Origin: Candidatus Omnitrophota bacterium
GTDB taxonomy: Bacteria > Omnitrophota > Gorgyraeia > JABMRG01 > JAFGKX01
DNA length: 26,339 nt
Reading direction: 5' to 3'
Assembly: GCA_016928375.1 (NCBI GenBank)
Contig: JAFGKX010000138.1
Location: 1 to 26,339 of the forward strand
The notes beneath the pieces were generated by a model. It was not told the DNA's origin and did no database searches. It worked only from the letters and a program-made list of their open reading frames with translations. Each line of letters begins with the position of its first letter. The stretch's first letter is position 1. The position numbers and the translations under genes are program-made. Of the stretch, positions 25,304 through 26,339 are shown in pieces.

Positions 25304-26339
25304 GTAAAAAAGCCGCGAATTTATGTTTATTTATTCTGGTTCTTTTTGTGGTATGCCCGGTTCTATGCGAGCTGTTTATACGCGCCGGAATATTTTTTAA
25401 TGTAAAAAGTTTTAGAAACCCCGCCTTATACGCGGATTGTTATTCCGATGACAACTACTGGAAACTGCAGCATACGTGGCAGGGGCAATGGAAATTTCCG
25501 GGCAAGGACCTGATAGACCCTATTTTAGGGTGGATACCGAAACCCGGCAAGAATAACTCTCTGGGCATAATAATTGACCCTGCGCGCAGCATAAATTTTC
25601 TTGGTAAAACAGTTTTATGTTATGGCGATTCTTTTATCGCGGGTAATACAGAGATAAAAGACAGGATACCGCAAAAGCTGCAGGAGCTTTTGCCTGATTG
25701 CAATGTGTATAATCTCGGCGTAGGCGGTTACGGGCTTGATCAGATATTTCTTCGTTTCAAAAACACGCACGCCTATTTCAGGCAGCCCGTAGTTGTGATT
25801 GGTATTCTCACGACTGATTTAGACCGCAGCATATTAACCATACGCACAGGACCTAAGCCGTATTTTACGATAAAAGAAGGCATGCTGGTTCTTAAGGGTA
25901 TTCCTGTTGCCCAAGACCCTGAAGCATGGCTTAAAAATCATCCGCCGCGCATAAAGAGTTATTTTTTCGCTTTTATAAACAGGCTGCGGTGGATAATCAG
26001 GGCTAAGGGCAATAAGAGAGAGTTTATATATCTGCAGGGGCTGGCGTATAAGCAAAAACAGAAAAAGGAAATTAACAGGCTTATTTTAAAGTCTATCGCG
26101 AAAGAAGCAAGGAAAAACAATCTAAAGCTTTTATTTGTTATCTTTTATGATGCCGAAGAACTTCACAAAAATGACTGGAGAAGCGTTTTTCTGAAAGAGG
26201 AATTTACGGGATTAAGAACCGATTTTTTGGATATAAAAGATGTGCTGTTGAAAGATTCCATGAATACTTCAAGCAGCACAAGCAGTTATTATCTGGAAGA
26301 AGGGCATTTAAATGAAAAGGGCAACAGGGTTGTTGCCCG
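25300..26339 (+). CDS. Membrane-anchored SGNH/GDSL-family protein (acyltransferase or esterase), 3'-truncated; absent from the ORF track
   Basis: Hand translation from ATG 25300 (ATGA overlap) is open to the window end. [28 protein letters not shown] forms a TM anchor. Block I YGDSF (25621-25635), block II NLGVGGYG, block V EEGHLNEKGNRVVA (His at 26305-26307). Confidence 0.85.
   Translation, partial: MSKKAANLCLFILVLFVVCPVLCELFIRAGIFFNVKSFRNPALYADCYSDDNYWKLQHTWQGQWKFPGKDLIDPILGWIPKPGKNNSLGIIIDPARSINFLGKTVLCYGDSFIAGNTEIKDRIPQKLQELLPDCNVYNLGVGGYGLDQIFLRFKNTHAYFRQPVVVIGILTTDLDRSILTIRTGPKPYFTIKEGMLVLKGIPVAQDPEAWLKNHPPRIKSYFFAFINRLRWIIRAKGNKREFIYLQGLAYKQKQKKEINRLILKSIAKEARKNNLKLLFVIFYDAEELHKNDWRSVFLKEEFTGLRTDFLDIKDVLLKDSMNTSSSTSSYYLEEGHLNEKGNRVVA

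Noticed and set aside
1-26339. CRISPR arrays, tRNA/rRNA genes, transposases, integrases, defence systems
   Set aside because: No regularly spaced repeats, cloverleaf or rRNA signatures, or catalytic motifs of such enzymes were seen. Spacers are too short to hide them.

Overview
Gene-dense window from a diderm (LptD-encoding), probably anaerobic bacterium. All 24 supportable CDSs lie on the + strand, and many overlap or are separated by a few bases. Order: 5'-truncated dnaK, dnaJ, FmdB-type zinc-ribbon protein, DUF1015 protein, stand-alone corrinoid protein coupled to accD, orphan MsmX/UgpC-type ABC ATPase, two tandem membrane GAF-GGDEF diguanylate cyclases, ROK glucokinase, lptD. A ~13 kb nucleotide-sugar cluster follows: ugd, RmlC-like cupin, rmlA, DegT aminotransferase, rmlB, FAD-dependent mutase-like protein, rmlD, Gmd/Rmd, WbpO-like, WbpP-like, uxs, another SDR, and a 3'-truncated SGNH protein missing from the supplied ORF track. 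No tRNA, rRNA, CRISPR array or transposase was seen. The most unusual signal is non-coding: several unrelated families of tiny GC-rich palindromes fill the spacers between 1.5 and 7.3 kb, nest inside one another, and in one case sit in-frame in a coding sequence. Gene content and repeat style suggest Ca. Omnitrophota or a similar uncultured lineage; this is inference from recall and was not verified.
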